A stretch of 64,000 nt of DNA from Octopus sinensis. Lineage: Eukaryota. Location of the stretch: assembly GCF_006345805.1 (NCBI RefSeq), contig NC_043009.1, positions 27,280,001 through 27,344,000 on the forward strand. Direction: 5' to 3'. Under the pieces are notes generated by a model. The model was not told where the DNA came from and searched no databases. It was given only the letters and a program-made list of their open reading frames with translations. Below, in pieces: positions 1-12,780 of this stretch. Position 1 is the first letter of the stretch. Each line of letters begins with the position of its first letter. Both the position numbers and the translations under genes were made by a program.

Positions 1-305
1 TCTCTCTCTCCCTCTGTGTGTGTGTGTGTCTCTCTCTCTCTCTCCCTCTGTGTGCCTCTCTCTCTCTCTGATGAAGGAGTACTTAGCTGATGGAATTCCT
101 TACTGAATATCATGATCCACATGCCTTACTATTATAGAAACATATGTTATAGGCTCTATCTTTTTATATTCTCAATCTAAAATAAAATAGAATACTTTTT
201 CAAGAGATGCCGAATGTTTCGCTTTTTCATTTTTTTTTTATCTACCAAGCTAACTATGTATGCATGTATATGTGCGTGTGTGTGCGTGTGTGTCTGTGTA
301 TGTAT

Positions 306-355
<50 letters not shown>

Positions 356-884
356 TGTGCGTGTGCATCTAGTGGATGCATGTAGCTTAATGACTAGATC
401 CTTGCACGGCGTTTCGTCCGTCTTCTGCTCTGAGTTCAAATTCCACCGTTCCAGAGTCGATTTTGCCTAACCTTTTGGGGCGTCCATAAAACAAGTACCA
501 CTTGAACACTGTAGTCGATGTGATCGACTTACTCACTCATTCATCATCATTTATTATTGTCATCAATTTTATCAAACATTTCAAACGTCATCATTGCTGA
601 AAGTTTAATTTCTTGAATTTACATGACCATTTTATGATTTCTATTGGTGGCGGTGGTGTGGGTGTGTGGAGATGTCCTATTGCTAGGGAAAGTTTTCCTG
701 TACATTCATTTTCCTTTAAATGTTTAATTTGCTTTTATTTACCAAAAACAATTGTGAAACCGCTATGGCATTTAATAAATTTGCAAGATATTTTCAAAAC
801 TACAGTTCGTTTTGAGACCTAGATATTTTTCCCCCAAAATTAATTCTCCTATATTTTTACTTGCACATATAAATATATATGTGT

Positions 885-1135
<251 letters not shown>

Positions 1136-1432
1136 CTATCTGTTGTAAAGCCTTCTTTTGTCACTGTTGTATCTGTCTCTGACGACGGTTGTCGCTCTGA
1201 CAGATATTGTTATATTCCGAAATCATCGATTGAATAGTTCTATCTGGCACTGTAAGATCCCCAAACGTCCACTCAGTATCACAGTATAATTACTACATCA
1301 GCACAGATACTACTATCAACACAATCCACACGTACTCTCGATTTTCCTGTGACGACCGGTTACTTCTCTATCCATAATGGCTGGTTACTACCACTTTTTA
1401 CTGGGAGGGGTGTACAGTTTGACTATACAACA

Positions 1433-1468
<36 letters not shown>

Positions 1469-1746
1469 ATATATATATATATAAAGTGTGTATATCTGAG
1501 TATTTTTTTCTGTATATGCATATATGTATATATGTATAGCTGAAAAATAAAACGCTATTTTCCAGTGTGGAGATGGACAATATTTATTCGATAATTTCTC
1601 AGTACTATTGATTAATTAAGGATTATTGATTTTTCATTGTGTTCCCTACATGCCTATGTGTATATTGAATTATCTATATATAGTAAAGGGGAATCGAATC
1701 CAACTCAAAATAACTGTATACTAATCTCCACTTTTCTTCTTTTCAG

Positions 1747-1960
1747 AGCAAACGGCTTAGGTGTTGCGTCAGTGTCGGCCCGCATTGGTGGCATAATTGC
1801 ACCCTTTATACTTCAGCTGTCAGCCTATATAAAATGGCTTCCTCTAAGTATTTACGGTGTCCTTTCAGTTATGTCCGGCATGCTGTTGCTCTTACTGCCA
1901 GAACCAAAGGATAAAGACTTGCCGCAAACATTTGAAGATCTGGAAAACTGGGAGACCTGA
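1747..1960 (+). CDS. slc22: Terminal exon (exon 8) of upstream SLC22 paralog G0
   Basis: Acceptor ttttcttcttttcag; encodes ANGLGVASVSARIGGIIAPF...LLLLLPEPKDKDLPQTFEDLENWET*, i.e. SLC22 TM11-TM12 and tail. Upstream exons lie outside the window. Confidence 0.9.
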
Positions 1961-2919
1961 TAATGAGATAATACACGAAGTAGTTACAGTGATAACATAA
2001 TAGGGAATAGTTTGTTTGATTAAATATGCTGGAGAATTTACTTTCGAATTTTGTCCACACTGATATATTGCAACAAATAAATTTGAGAAGAAAATTCAAA
2101 CAATTTTCTGTTGACTTAAAGATTTCTCCATTCAACAAATCAAATGTTGATAGAGGTTGACAAAGCACAATGTCACATTTTGCGTTCGTCAGTCGAAGTT
2201 CATATGACTAATGATATGAGATTTTGTTTTTTTCAGTTATGTAACATTGTAGATATATCGATATGAGTGAATATGTTGGTAGAATTCGAATGAAAACCGA
2301 AAATATATATATATATATGATTCCTTCCTATGTTTTATCATCTCTTGCAAGTAGCCATCTTTATATGGTTCATCTATTAATAACTATATCTTTGATTTAT
2401 ACACACACACACACACGCACACACATATATATATGGGATGAATTAGAGAAATGGTTTGAACATCATTCTTATTTCAAATCACTGCAGTTGTTTCCACACA
2501 TCGTTAGGCCTGTAGTACATTGGTGAGATCATATAATTAAAATCTTGTGTAATCTCTATCATCAGTGAAAGGTGTAAAATATGCTTCTACGAGAGAGTAT
2601 TTTTGCATAAATCCTTCGGTAGGCCGTACTGTCGTTTTTTAACTCATATGAGAACGAATATCCAAAGCAGTGTGCTATTTTCAGCTATTTGCAAGCAAAA
2701 ATAATCCCATAGATATAGTGACAGACAAAATACACGTTTAATCAAAATACAAAATACAGAAACAAACAAAGAAACAGACACAGAAGCCATCTACCTCAAG
2801 TGAATTGTAAACTACAATTCTATATTTTGGTGAGATTATAAGGAAGAAAAATAAAAGTAGAATGAAGAATAAAATTAGAGAAAATAATGTGATAAATAGT
2901 GACCGTTTCTGAACTTATC

Positions 2920-3330
2920 AACTATTTACTAGAAAGTGAATCGAAAAGGAGTGATGTTTCATCAGGACAATGCGCGACCCCACACTGCAAAGATCACATC
3001 ACAGAAGATCGAAGAGCTTGGTTGGGAAAAATTACACATCCACCTTATTCTCCCGACCTTGCTCCTTCAGACTACCATTTGTTTTGTAGTTTACAGAATC
3101 ATTTGGGAGACATAACATTCGCAAGCCAGCGGGAGGAGGAAACTGACATTTCAGAGTTCTTCGCTTTGAAGCCAAAAGAGTTTTAAATCGATGGGATTAA
3201 AAAGCTTGTGAATAGATGGAAGGAATCCATAGATAATCAGGGAAAGTACATTGATGATTAACTTTCAATTAAATATAACATTTAATCACTTTATTCAAAA
3301 TTCGGACAGAACTTATGAGATGACCAGATA
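2920..3330 (+). mobile_element. Mariner (DD34D) transposase 3' fragment with right TIR
   Basis: HQDNARPH (after a frameshift), HPPYSPDLAPSDYHLF, ...KLVNRWKESIDNQGKYIDD*; ends cggacagaacttatgagatgaccagata-TA. Confidence 0.88.
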
Positions 3331-3959
3331 TATATCTGTGTGTGTGTGTATGTGTACGACAGATTTCTACCAAATCTACTGAGAAGGCTCTGGTGAGCCC
3401 GAGGCAATAGTAGAAGACACTTGCCTAATGTGCCAGGCAGTGGGACTGAACCAGAACCATGTGGTTGGGAAGCAAGCTTCTTATCACAGTCACATCTTGT
3501 TGTACTTTATTGTGTGTATCTGAATATACTGCAGTGAAAGTACGTGGCCTAGTAATGAGGGGATGAGGGTATGTATATATATATGTATGTGTGTGCACGC
3601 GCGCGTATGTATGTGCGTGTGTGTGCGCGCGTGTATGTGTATCTGTGTGCGCATTTGTTTGTACGATTCTTGATGTAAAATCGTGTTGAAACAGATATTG
3701 TCATAGCCATTTTGCCAATAAACACACCCACTATTTATTTGACCTTTATTTTAACTTGTCAAAGATCTTTCGTAACACATTCTGTGATCTCTTCACTGAC
3801 TGCCTGTTTCTTGTGTCTCTCAGGCCTCGTCCGGCCTATTTCATCATCGGCAAGATGGAATAGAGAGGACAAGACCAGACAGAAGAGGAAACACTAAGAA
3901 GTCCAGAAGAGGTCATTGAAGAGGTCACAATGCGTGACAAAAGAACTCTAGTAAATAAA

Positions 3960-4029
3960 CTACTGCTGCTACTGCTGCTACTACTACTACTACTACTACT
4001 ACTAATAATAATAATAATAATAATAATAA

Positions 4030-4082
<53 letters not shown>

Positions 4083-4103
4083 ACAACAACAACAACAACA
4101 ACA
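3960..4103 (+). repeat. Compound trinucleotide microsatellite (CTG/CTA>ATA>GTA>ACA); copy at 33705-33848
   Basis: Read directly. Confidence 0.95.
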
Positions 4104-4764
4104 TCAAATGCAGAATGCATATGTGAATATTTTTGTACTCAATGTTTAATATTTTAAATGTTTTATTAAACGTTCACAATTCTAGTATATCAAATAGTTA
4201 TTTCTCCTTAATACTGGAGCACATATATACTTTTAGAGACACATTTTGTAAATCTCGAATGGCAGAATGTTATAACCACATTGTAAATACATTATAAAAT
4301 ATCACGTGATTACTTTCGAGGCACAATCACTGAGACATTGATCGATTTATGATCTTTTACTTTATATGGTCAACAGTCGAGCTTCCATATTAATTTTATC
4401 AAATTACTTTTATTAAACATTTATTTAATTCAGTAATATTTACGTGAATGATAGTTACATCATATAAAGGATAATGAAGTCCGAAGCGATAACTTTTACA
4501 TAAGTAAACCATTGATCCAAAACCTCTCTTACTCTTAAAATTCCTTTGGTAAAAAATATTTATTTCTAGTAATGAGGCAGGAATTACTTCAAGTACCCTC
4601 CTTTGTTCACTCAAATAAGTATTTAATACAAATTATTTCTCAGCTCTGCATACATAGGATGCAAATAGTTAATAATTAAGATGTTTGTAGCCAAGATTAT
4701 ATTTGTTTCACAACTGTTAATTAATTACCATATGACATATTATAACGGATAATCTAATTAAAAG

Positions 4765-4876
4765 TGTGATCATTCTGGTTTCCGGTGATCCTGGTTGTTC
4801 TGGGAAAGTTTGGAATCTCTGGAGCGTTTACTTCAATTTTTCTTTTATCAGCAGAAATATTTCCAACCGTTGTTCG
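4765..4876 (+). pseudogene. Ghost SLC22 exon 7
   Basis: SFWFPVILVVLGKFGISGAFTSIFLLSAEIFPTVVR|gt; donor present, canonical acceptor absent. Confidence 0.85.
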
Positions 4877-4968
4877 GTAATCGTTCTTGATATTTATCTT
4901 TTGAATATGTGAGCGTTTTAATTAGCTAAGTAGACAGCATTTCAAACACCACATAATGTGTAGCTTCC

Positions 4969-5071
4969 GCTGCACTCTCAGGTGAATACTTTTGTTTCAG
5001 GTTTCTGCTGCACTCTCAGGTGAATACTTTTGTTTCAGGTTTCTGCTGCACTCTCAGGTGAATACTTTTGT
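4969..5071 (+). repeat. 38-bp minisatellite x2.7 (copy at 34714-34816)
   Basis: Unit gctgcactctcaggtgaatacttttgtttcaggtttct starting at 4969, 5007 and 5045. Confidence 0.9.
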
Positions 5072-5964
5072 CTCCCAACCTTTCAGATCAACGAAATATT
5101 ACAGAATTACTTGCTTACATCAACAAAACTTTCACCTTCACGCTGTACGTTTTGTATATTTCATCATGGATTTACTATTCCCCATATCACTTTATGATTT
5201 CCTCATCGCTCCATGATATTATTTCTCTATTTCTTTATTTCACCATATAAGTTCTTGGTAATTTACAATAAAATTAAAAATTGAAATTAAAATTAAAAAA
5301 AAGACAGAAGGGCGCTACTTTTGGATGACACATTTTGCTTATCTCCGTTGTGTTTTGACTCTTGAGAAAAAAAAACTGTGTTGGATGATGAATTTGTTAG
5401 CATTATTTTGAGTATGTGTAATGTTTGTATATTTTGGTGTTAAGGGAGTTCATCAGGAGGGCCGCGTACCTTCTATGTATACCTTCTATGTATACCATCT
5501 ATGTGTGGAGATCGTATTTTGTACATATTCAATGTTCACGTTCAGGGAAAGAAACAATCCTGATGATATCGGCAGAGTGGGTGGGAGTTGTTCGAAATGC
5601 CGGAGTGTAAATATTGCTTGTGCATGGAAGGAGACAAGATACCATCCCTGATGTTTAGCTTTTCCCATTTGGTGCCTCGTACCCTGTATTTTCTGGATGT
5701 AATAATAATGCTGTATGTTATTTGGGAGTTTCTTTTCTCAAAAGTCAAGCCCAAGGGAGATAATCATTAAAAAGGGGAGGAGTATCCAAAGGTTGCAAGA
5801 CGCAACGGACATTTTAGAAAAATAAAAAAGAAATAAATGGAAATTTTACTGGTGAATGTGTTAAATTATAAAGCACCAAAAGAGGATGACTCTCCCTAGA
5901 CACAAGTATATATATATGCATATATATATATACTTTATTGAAAAACAGCAAATATATCACAAAA

Positions 5965-6004
5965 ACTGTTACTCGGAGTTTCACGTTTTCGTTCGTCGGA
6001 CACT
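5965..6004 (-). ncRNA. Degenerate hammerhead motif (copy at 35710-35749)
   Basis: Minus strand: agtgt-CCGACGA-acg aaaa cgt-GAAAC-tccga-GTA-acagt; core U4>C. Confidence 0.5.
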
Positions 6005-6192
6005 TTTGTATATGTCTGTATATCAGGATTATAAATACTCATAACTTTCCATTGTGATGATATTTATATCACAAACTTTCTCAGTATTACGGTTTAAGCA
6101 AACCTCATGAATGTTTCATGCATTTATCTCTATTTGTTATGTGTACGTCTCAATTATGAACACAAACTAATTTGTATTATTCTTGCTTTCAG

Positions 6193-6398
6193 AACAAATG
6201 GGTTAGGAATAGCTTCATTGTCTTCCCGCATCGGGGGCGTAAGTGCGCCCTTTTTACTGCAACTCTCGTACTATGTGAAATGGCTTCCCCTAGGTATCTT
6301 TGGCCTTTGGTCGGTGATTATTGTTGCTGTTACTTCCAGACACAAAACATAGAAACTTACCTGAAAAATTTGAAGATTTGGACAACTGGAAAAGCTGA
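6193..6398 (+). pseudogene. Ghost SLC22 exon 8
   Basis: TNGLGIASLSSRIGGVSAPF...; an 8-nt deletion shifts the frame before LLLLLPDTKHRNLPEKFEDLDNWKS*. Confidence 0.88.
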
Positions 6399-8258
6399 TA
6401 AAGCAACATTTTTACTGGATAGAAAATGAAGTAAAATTTCATGCAAAAGATTATATTGACAAATTGCAGTTTTTTAAATATTTATTATCTCTGATATTTT
6501 ACAATAAATGATTTCAAAAGCAAGATCAAATAATGTCCTCTTAATCTTAAATTATTACTTTGAGGTTATTTTAAATATTAACTGTTCATTTGTTATATCA
6601 CATTTAGAAGGTATATATGCTAGTTAGATGAATTGGGTACATTTTACTGATGATAATCACAAAAATATTAATAGAAATTACGAAAGAGTAAGAAGCATTT
6701 TAAAGGTAGGGCCAGTTCATGACACGGATTATTATGAAGGTCCTGGTTTCCAGACTAGGACAGAGTCAGAGGTTCATTTTGGAGTCGAGAAGTTAAAGTT
6801 ATGGAGTATAACACGATGCAGATATTTGACATCAGTGATAAACAGGCATTTACAGGTTTTATGAACAAAAGTAAAGCAGCTGAAGAATTAATGGCCAAAG
6901 TTGGTTTCCATGCTAAAAGAGGGGAAAGTAGAAGCAAAGGGAGACATAAGTTGGTCAAAGTAATTGTATGAAATGCTTATCAATTCTATTAATGAAGATT
7001 GTTCCTATATTAGACCTAACTCTCACTGGGAAGGGAGAAAAAACTAATTTTCTTTACACACATGCATAAAAATGCAGGTATACAGACTCATTCCGTACAA
7101 AATTATTTCTTTCTGTGAACGCACTGAAGCATAATTTTTAGTGCAGTGATTGTTGCTTAGCCTCAATTCCTCTAGTTTCGATCCTTCGATCCTTTTAACT
7201 TTTCGTGAAGTAAAACTTTAATTTTAGTAGCCAATATGTCTTTCGTTTATAACAAAGATTTGAGGCTGATTTGTGTGCTGTTAAATCTAACAGCAATAGT
7301 GTTTACCTAATTGCTATGTTTTTGTATCACTGTTAAAAGATAGATTGAGCTTCTTTTCTATAAAATATAGGTCCGTTTCAGCATGTGAAAACTCCGAATA
7401 TAGTGCTAAGTTACAAAAGAAAGTTCCACACGAAACGATACGGTAACTCGGTTTCAATTCCCAAATTTCATTTCATTTAAGTCGTTAATGAACATATAAA
7501 AAATGAAAGTCGTAATTTCACATTTTTTCGGTTCTAAGAACATCTTATTTCATGTCAGTGTAAGAAATAATTTCAACATCTAGTCTGCTTCAACATATTC
7601 ACATGAACTCTTTACTTTGGAAGTTGGAAAGATTTTGCTAAACGAGTTCCCTAAATACTTTTGAGTGCCACATGTACAGTGAAGACGCATATCTTGGTGG
7701 TTAAGATGAGTTTTCATGATCATTAGGTCGTAGTTTCAATTTTTAGACAGGGTGGTTCGTTGTGTTCTTGAGCAAAACACTTCATGTTCCGTTACTCTAC
7801 CTGAAGATGGGTTCCAGAAAAGGCTGGAGAGTTACCGCTGCAAAGGACTGGCGTCCCGTTCACGGGCTGAGAGTTGTGAGCTCAGTCATTTATACGCAAT
7901 GGAAACAATGTTGTTCCACTTCATGTGTCATTGGTTTCATAAAAGACCGAAGTCAATAAGTTGCCTTCAAATTTAAACTTCAAACTATGAGGCAGGCAAT
8001 GTTTAAACTCTAAATTTCCAGTAAAATGCTTATTACTTTCAAAACAGAATGTTTCATTGAATTAGCTACCAAAATTTAATTCCAACTACAGTGAGAGATC
8101 ACAAGAAATAATCCATAAAAATGGTAAATCTTAGAGCCGTTTAATCGTTTATTCAGGTTTAATTAAAACCTCCATTAATCTACACTTCACATCCTAATGA
8201 GGTTTTTTCTTGTGTTCATATAGATAATTGAATTTCCAGTTATTTTCATTGTGTACAG

Positions 8259-8400
8259 ATTTGATCGGAGAGTTGATATTTGACGAATACAATACTGGTC
8301 ATCTGTGGACTTTTTGTACCATCATTGATCAGTTTCGTTATTCTCTATACTATTCAAGCTTCTGGGTATTTGGGACTCGTACTTACCACATATGCACTGG
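8259..8400 (+). pseudogene. Ghost SLC22 exon 3 (lineage B)
   Basis: RFDRR...[37 protein letters not shown]; frameshift, internal deletion, donor GT>AC. Confidence 0.8.
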
Positions 8401-8509
8401 ACAAGTTATTCATATACATACATACATACATACATACAGACATACATACATACACATACACATACACACTCACACACACACATATATATATGTATATATT
8501 CTTTTACTT

Positions 8510-8880
8510 GTTTCAGTCATTTTGACTGCGGGCATGTTGGAGCACCACCACAAAGGGGTTTTAGTCGATTCAATCGACCCAAAGACTTATTCGTTGTAAG
8601 CCTAGTACTTATGCTATCGGTCTTTTATGCCGAGCCACTAAGTCACAGAGACGTAAATACACCAATGTCGGTTGTCAAGTGATGGATATACAAAGACACA
8701 CATAATTATATACATATAATATGTACACTGCGGGCTTCTTTTAGTTTCCGTCTATCAAATCGACTCACAAGGATTTTGTCGGCCCGCAACTATAGTAGAA
8801 GACACTTGCCCAAGGTGCCACCCAGTGGGACCGAACCTGGAACTATGTGGTTGGGAAGCAAGCTTCCTACCACACAGCTA
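8510..8880 (-). mobile_element. SINE family 2 (CORE-SINE-like)
   Basis: Contains GCACCTTGGGCAAGTGTCTTCTAC (CORE-like). Other copies: 3335-3495(-), 28165-28405(+), 33078-33240(-), 38283-38655(-), 58335-58570(+), 63345-63397(-, partial). Confidence 0.75.
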
Positions 8881-8914
8881 TATATGTTATATGTATAAAT
8901 ATCATGAATATGTG

Positions 8915-9003
<89 letters not shown>

Positions 9004-9099
9004 ATTTCAGGATGGTCATTTTTGGGCCAAATAAACACACGCACTATAGATACGTTCTTCACTTCAGATTTATCATTGTTCTTATATATTTTTCGTCTG

Positions 9100-9330
9100 G
9101 AAATCTTTCGCCACATATCTGTAATCCCTTCAAGAGATGTTCCCCTACATTCTTGCACTCCCGTCGCCCGTCACTTCCACTTGGCCAACCATTCCTCCTC
9201 TAACATCTTCGTCCTTGGCCTCGCTCTACACTTGGATCCACACTCACGACTTCGCCTGGAACAGCGGTATATCTTTAATCTACAGACAACTATCCTCCAC
9301 GGACTAAACACAACCCCCTCCTCCTATTGA
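9100..9330 (+). mobile_element. Penelope-like element GIY-YIG C-terminal remnant (copy ~38830-39045)
   Basis: PVARHFHLANHSSSNIFVLGL...RLRLEQRYIFNLQTTILHGLN matches the PLE endonuclease C-terminal pattern PVARHF...HS...EQ..IF.L.T..P.GLN. Confidence 0.75.
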
Positions 9331-10658
9331 TGGCCTCTATAATAATTATCTGTAATAAAGCATAGCCTCAAAAACGCCAAATAGCGATACAAACAGCTCC
9401 GTATAACAAGGAAGGGAAACAACTGCGAAGGAACATAATTCACTGTTATAACCCACAAATCGTGGGTTACTAAATAACTTTTCTAAGATTGAATTTCTTC
9501 TTAACCTTCGTGTACTGAAAATATTTTCTTAGTTCATTTAGGATTTAACTAATTTTGGATTGCCCTGAAAACGTTGTGTTAACATCTATTTTCGGATATA
9601 TTGATTTGAATTACATATTCTGTATCAAAATATGATGATACGACAGAAACAATCATCGGCTTTCTATGGTGAATTCAACAATTAAAGATGTGATTTTTTT
9701 TCTATCCGTATTTCTGTTGTCTAATAGTTTGAAATTCTCGAAACTCTTTTAAATTATATTTAGATTTGCTTGCCATACACAAGGAATAATCTTCGGTGTG
9801 TATTCTACTTGCATTTATTGATGTCTGATTGTTTGATAGACTTAACCAAATTCGTTTAAAACTAAGAACTTTATTGCTATCTGCCTGGATGATTTAATCC
9901 CTTTTTGCTCTTATTGCACATATATCTGTGTATGTGTGTGTGTATAGATCGATAAGTATGTGCATTTATATAATTATATATCCATCTCTCTCTCCTTTTA
10001 TATTTCTACTCAAATGCACACACACAGACTCGCGCGCGCACACACAATTCATATATAGCCAAGATAGATGTGTTAACAACCCAGTAGCCCAAGTAAAAAT
10101 GAATTGAAAAAGAGGTTGCTTTTTCACTTATAATATCTGAAGGTTTTCCTACATCAAGAATTAGTCAGAGATTTTCGAAGCGTTGGTCATGGCTACTTGA
10201 AATTTGGATTTATTTACGAGAATGTGAGTAGATGTGTGTGTGTGCACAAATGCACACACACGCACGCACACACACACACACACACTCTCACACACACACA
10301 CTCACACACACAAACCTACACACACACATTTTTATATTGTTCTCTATGTGTTCTACGAATAAAATGAATTAATTTAAATAACTACAAACATTCGTACATT
10401 TGTTCCCAATTAAATTTTAAATATTCATTATGGTCAACTTTCGATATTCCCTTTGACAACAACCAAATAATTGGTTCCTGAACCAAAAGAATCTATGTAT
10501 AAAATAGAAATACTGACCGAAATAAGGAGCAGTTCCTATTCTTATTATTACACAATTTAAATTAAAGAGAAAATGCTCCAAGTTTTACGCATTGATATTT
10601 AAAGAAATTTTATGAAATTCTTGAATGTTTAAATTTATTTTTATTAATCTACTTACAG

Positions 10659-10762
10659 TTTGGTTTGGTATGCGAAAACAAATGGTTAAGATCCACTTTG
10701 CAGTCAGTTTATTTTGCTGGCTATCTTGTTGGAGCAATAGTATTTGGCGCTTTAGCTGACAG
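10659..10762 (+). pseudogene. Ghost SLC22 exon 2 (open, splice sites intact)
   Basis: cag|[35 protein letters not shown]|gtaag, 104 nt. Confidence 0.85.
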
Positions 10763-12068
10763 GTAAGATCTCCTTCCTTTTTGTATATCCAGTGGATTGT
10801 ATATGTCGTTTGTCTTTGATATTCCATGCATTCTACCAGAATTCTTTCCTTTTGTAGGTTTCATTATTAATTTCCACGTTATAGTAAAATCAATCATTGG
10901 TGGAGGAATTTGGTATTTTTTGTACATGAGATATGTTGTTGCTATTTCTTTTGTTTAATTTGAAGTTAGAAATGATGAACTACTTGCAAGATCAGATTAG
11001 AAAACCCATCGCATTGATTATAACATTGTTGTCTGGTGAAGATATTTGAAGACATTTTTCTCTTTACTCTTTATGGACTATTTTCTTACTAATCGGAGTA
11101 AACTCCTTGTAGTCTAGATGAGGGGTTCCGTTTTAGTTGTCAGTGGTGTAATTACCAAATGATAAAAAGTCAAGTTCCTAAACAGACGATATTTTGACTC
11201 AGTTCACATTCTCAATTGTAATTATATTATATCATTTACGTTATTAATGAACAAACCGAACGTCACAGTTTCACATTTCTGCAGTGCTAAGAATTACCTA
11301 TTTCATACCCGTATCAGGAACAGTTCAAGCAGCTAAAGTGCCTTGATATATTTAGTTGAATTGCTTAACGAAGTGGTTATATTTCGCCGAGCAATCTCCC
11401 CAAGACATTTTTAAAAGGGGTGCCACACGCTTTTAGACTTACTTGTTAACATAGCATATATACAAAATTTCAAGTAACGGCATATACGAAGTTCGTTATA
11501 TTTTCATTTGCAAAAAGAAAATCCAGAGGATATTAAACAATAATATATTAAATAATAAAACAACTTCTGTTTATTTTTATAGATACTTAAGATCATGATT
11601 AATCTACAATCAAGATTTTCTTATGAGATTTTCATTTATGTTCTTTCTTTTTCTTATGTTATAGTCAATTAATAACTTTTATTTTATCTTCCTCTTTTAC
11701 TAATGTATACCACCCATCTCTATCTGTCTGCTTCTCTCTCTCTCTCTCTCTCTCACTCTCTCTCTCACTCTCTCGCTCTCTTTCTCTCTGACACTCGTTT
11801 ACACATAAACATGAAATCAGATATATATACACACAAAAATAGACAATTCCCTCTCGCAGTCTTTTATTAATATCACGTTTCAGTTTTGGCGCAGTTAAAG
11901 ACCTTCTCTGTTATGAGACCTTGTCACCAGACAAAGCGTAAACAATATTTTTCGAAAATACGTTACGTAAATGTGCAATCCTAGTGCTCAGTTTTTGTTC
12001 CTATATTTATTAACAAGCCATTTAAAATTTCTTAAACAATATTTTGAGCATTTCTGATTTCCATATAG

Positions 12069-12225
12069 ATTTGGTCGGAGAACCATTTTATTACTTGCGA
12101 ATACATGCCTAGTCGTTTGCAGAGTTACCAAAATTTTCATACCATCGTTGATAATTTTTTCTCCATTCTTTATTGGATTGAGGCTTCTGGTAATATTGGC
12201 ATACTATTTAGAAGTTATACATGAA
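12069..12225 (+). pseudogene. Ghost SLC22 exon 3 (lineage C)
   Basis: RFGRRTILLLANTCLVVC...; +2 frameshift, donor GT>AT. Confidence 0.85.
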
Positions 12226-12295
12226 ATAAGTTACTCTCACCTACATACATACATACATACATACATACATACATACATACATACATACATACATG

Positions 12296-12780
12296 ACAGC
12301 TGTCCACTCGTGACCGAGGACGATCACAGCTGACCTTCAGAAACATTGTGCGCTCTAGGACTAACTTATAATTTGCATTTGTGACTCTGTTGGTGGCTAA
12401 TGAGCCATGTTCTTGACAAGCATACACGTCTGAAAACATTGCAAACCAAGCTTTCTCCATTCACTACACCACCAGCACACTTTCGAGCAACATACATACA
12501 TACATACATACATACATACATACATACATACATACATACATACATACATACATACGTACATACATACATATGCGTTTGCAATCCAGGAACAGGAGATTGC
12601 CATAAAGTACCTGGTGAGCAAGAGAGACAGTGACATTCCTGTTATCCCAAGGTGCAGCCGTATGTGTAGGCTACGTCATGTTTCTGCGGAACACATTACG
12701 CATGTGATTAGCAGCTGTCCTAAAATGTCGTCACGGCACTACTTCCCTATGCGGCACGATGTTGTTGCTAAAGGAGAATA
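12296..12780 (+). mobile_element. R4/Dong-type (RLE) non-LTR retrotransposon remnant split by (TACA)n (copy ~41806-42290)
   Basis: AIQEQEIAIKYL...CRL..VSAEHITHVISSCPKMSSRHYFPMRHDVVAK (CCHC knuckle plus RHD motif). Confidence 0.75.

Noticed and set aside
68-110. CTGATGA-agga...tcct hammerhead-like start
   Set aside because: No GAAA or stem III follows, and the other two copies read cttcgatg, so the core is probably a consensus error.
1176-1240. CTGACGA-cgg...cc-GAAA motif
   Set aside because: No workable stem I, and the core is TTGACGA in the other two copies.
2440-2720. Minus-strand open stretch (ORF 62651-62917 in unit 3)
   Set aside because: Interrupted in the other copies and has no recognisable motif; only a faint resemblance to a mariner N-terminus.
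3836-4157. Poly-L/I/V/T/S ORFs resembling signal peptides or mucins
   Set aside because: These are products of the compound trinucleotide repeat.
5558-5615. CTGATGA...ttcGAAAtgccggagtGTA
   Set aside because: Stems I and II do not pair; at most a heavily decayed Penelope end.
7800-7840. CTGAAGA-tgg gtt cca-GAAA inside a SINE remnant
   Set aside because: No stem III or stem I; a chance match.
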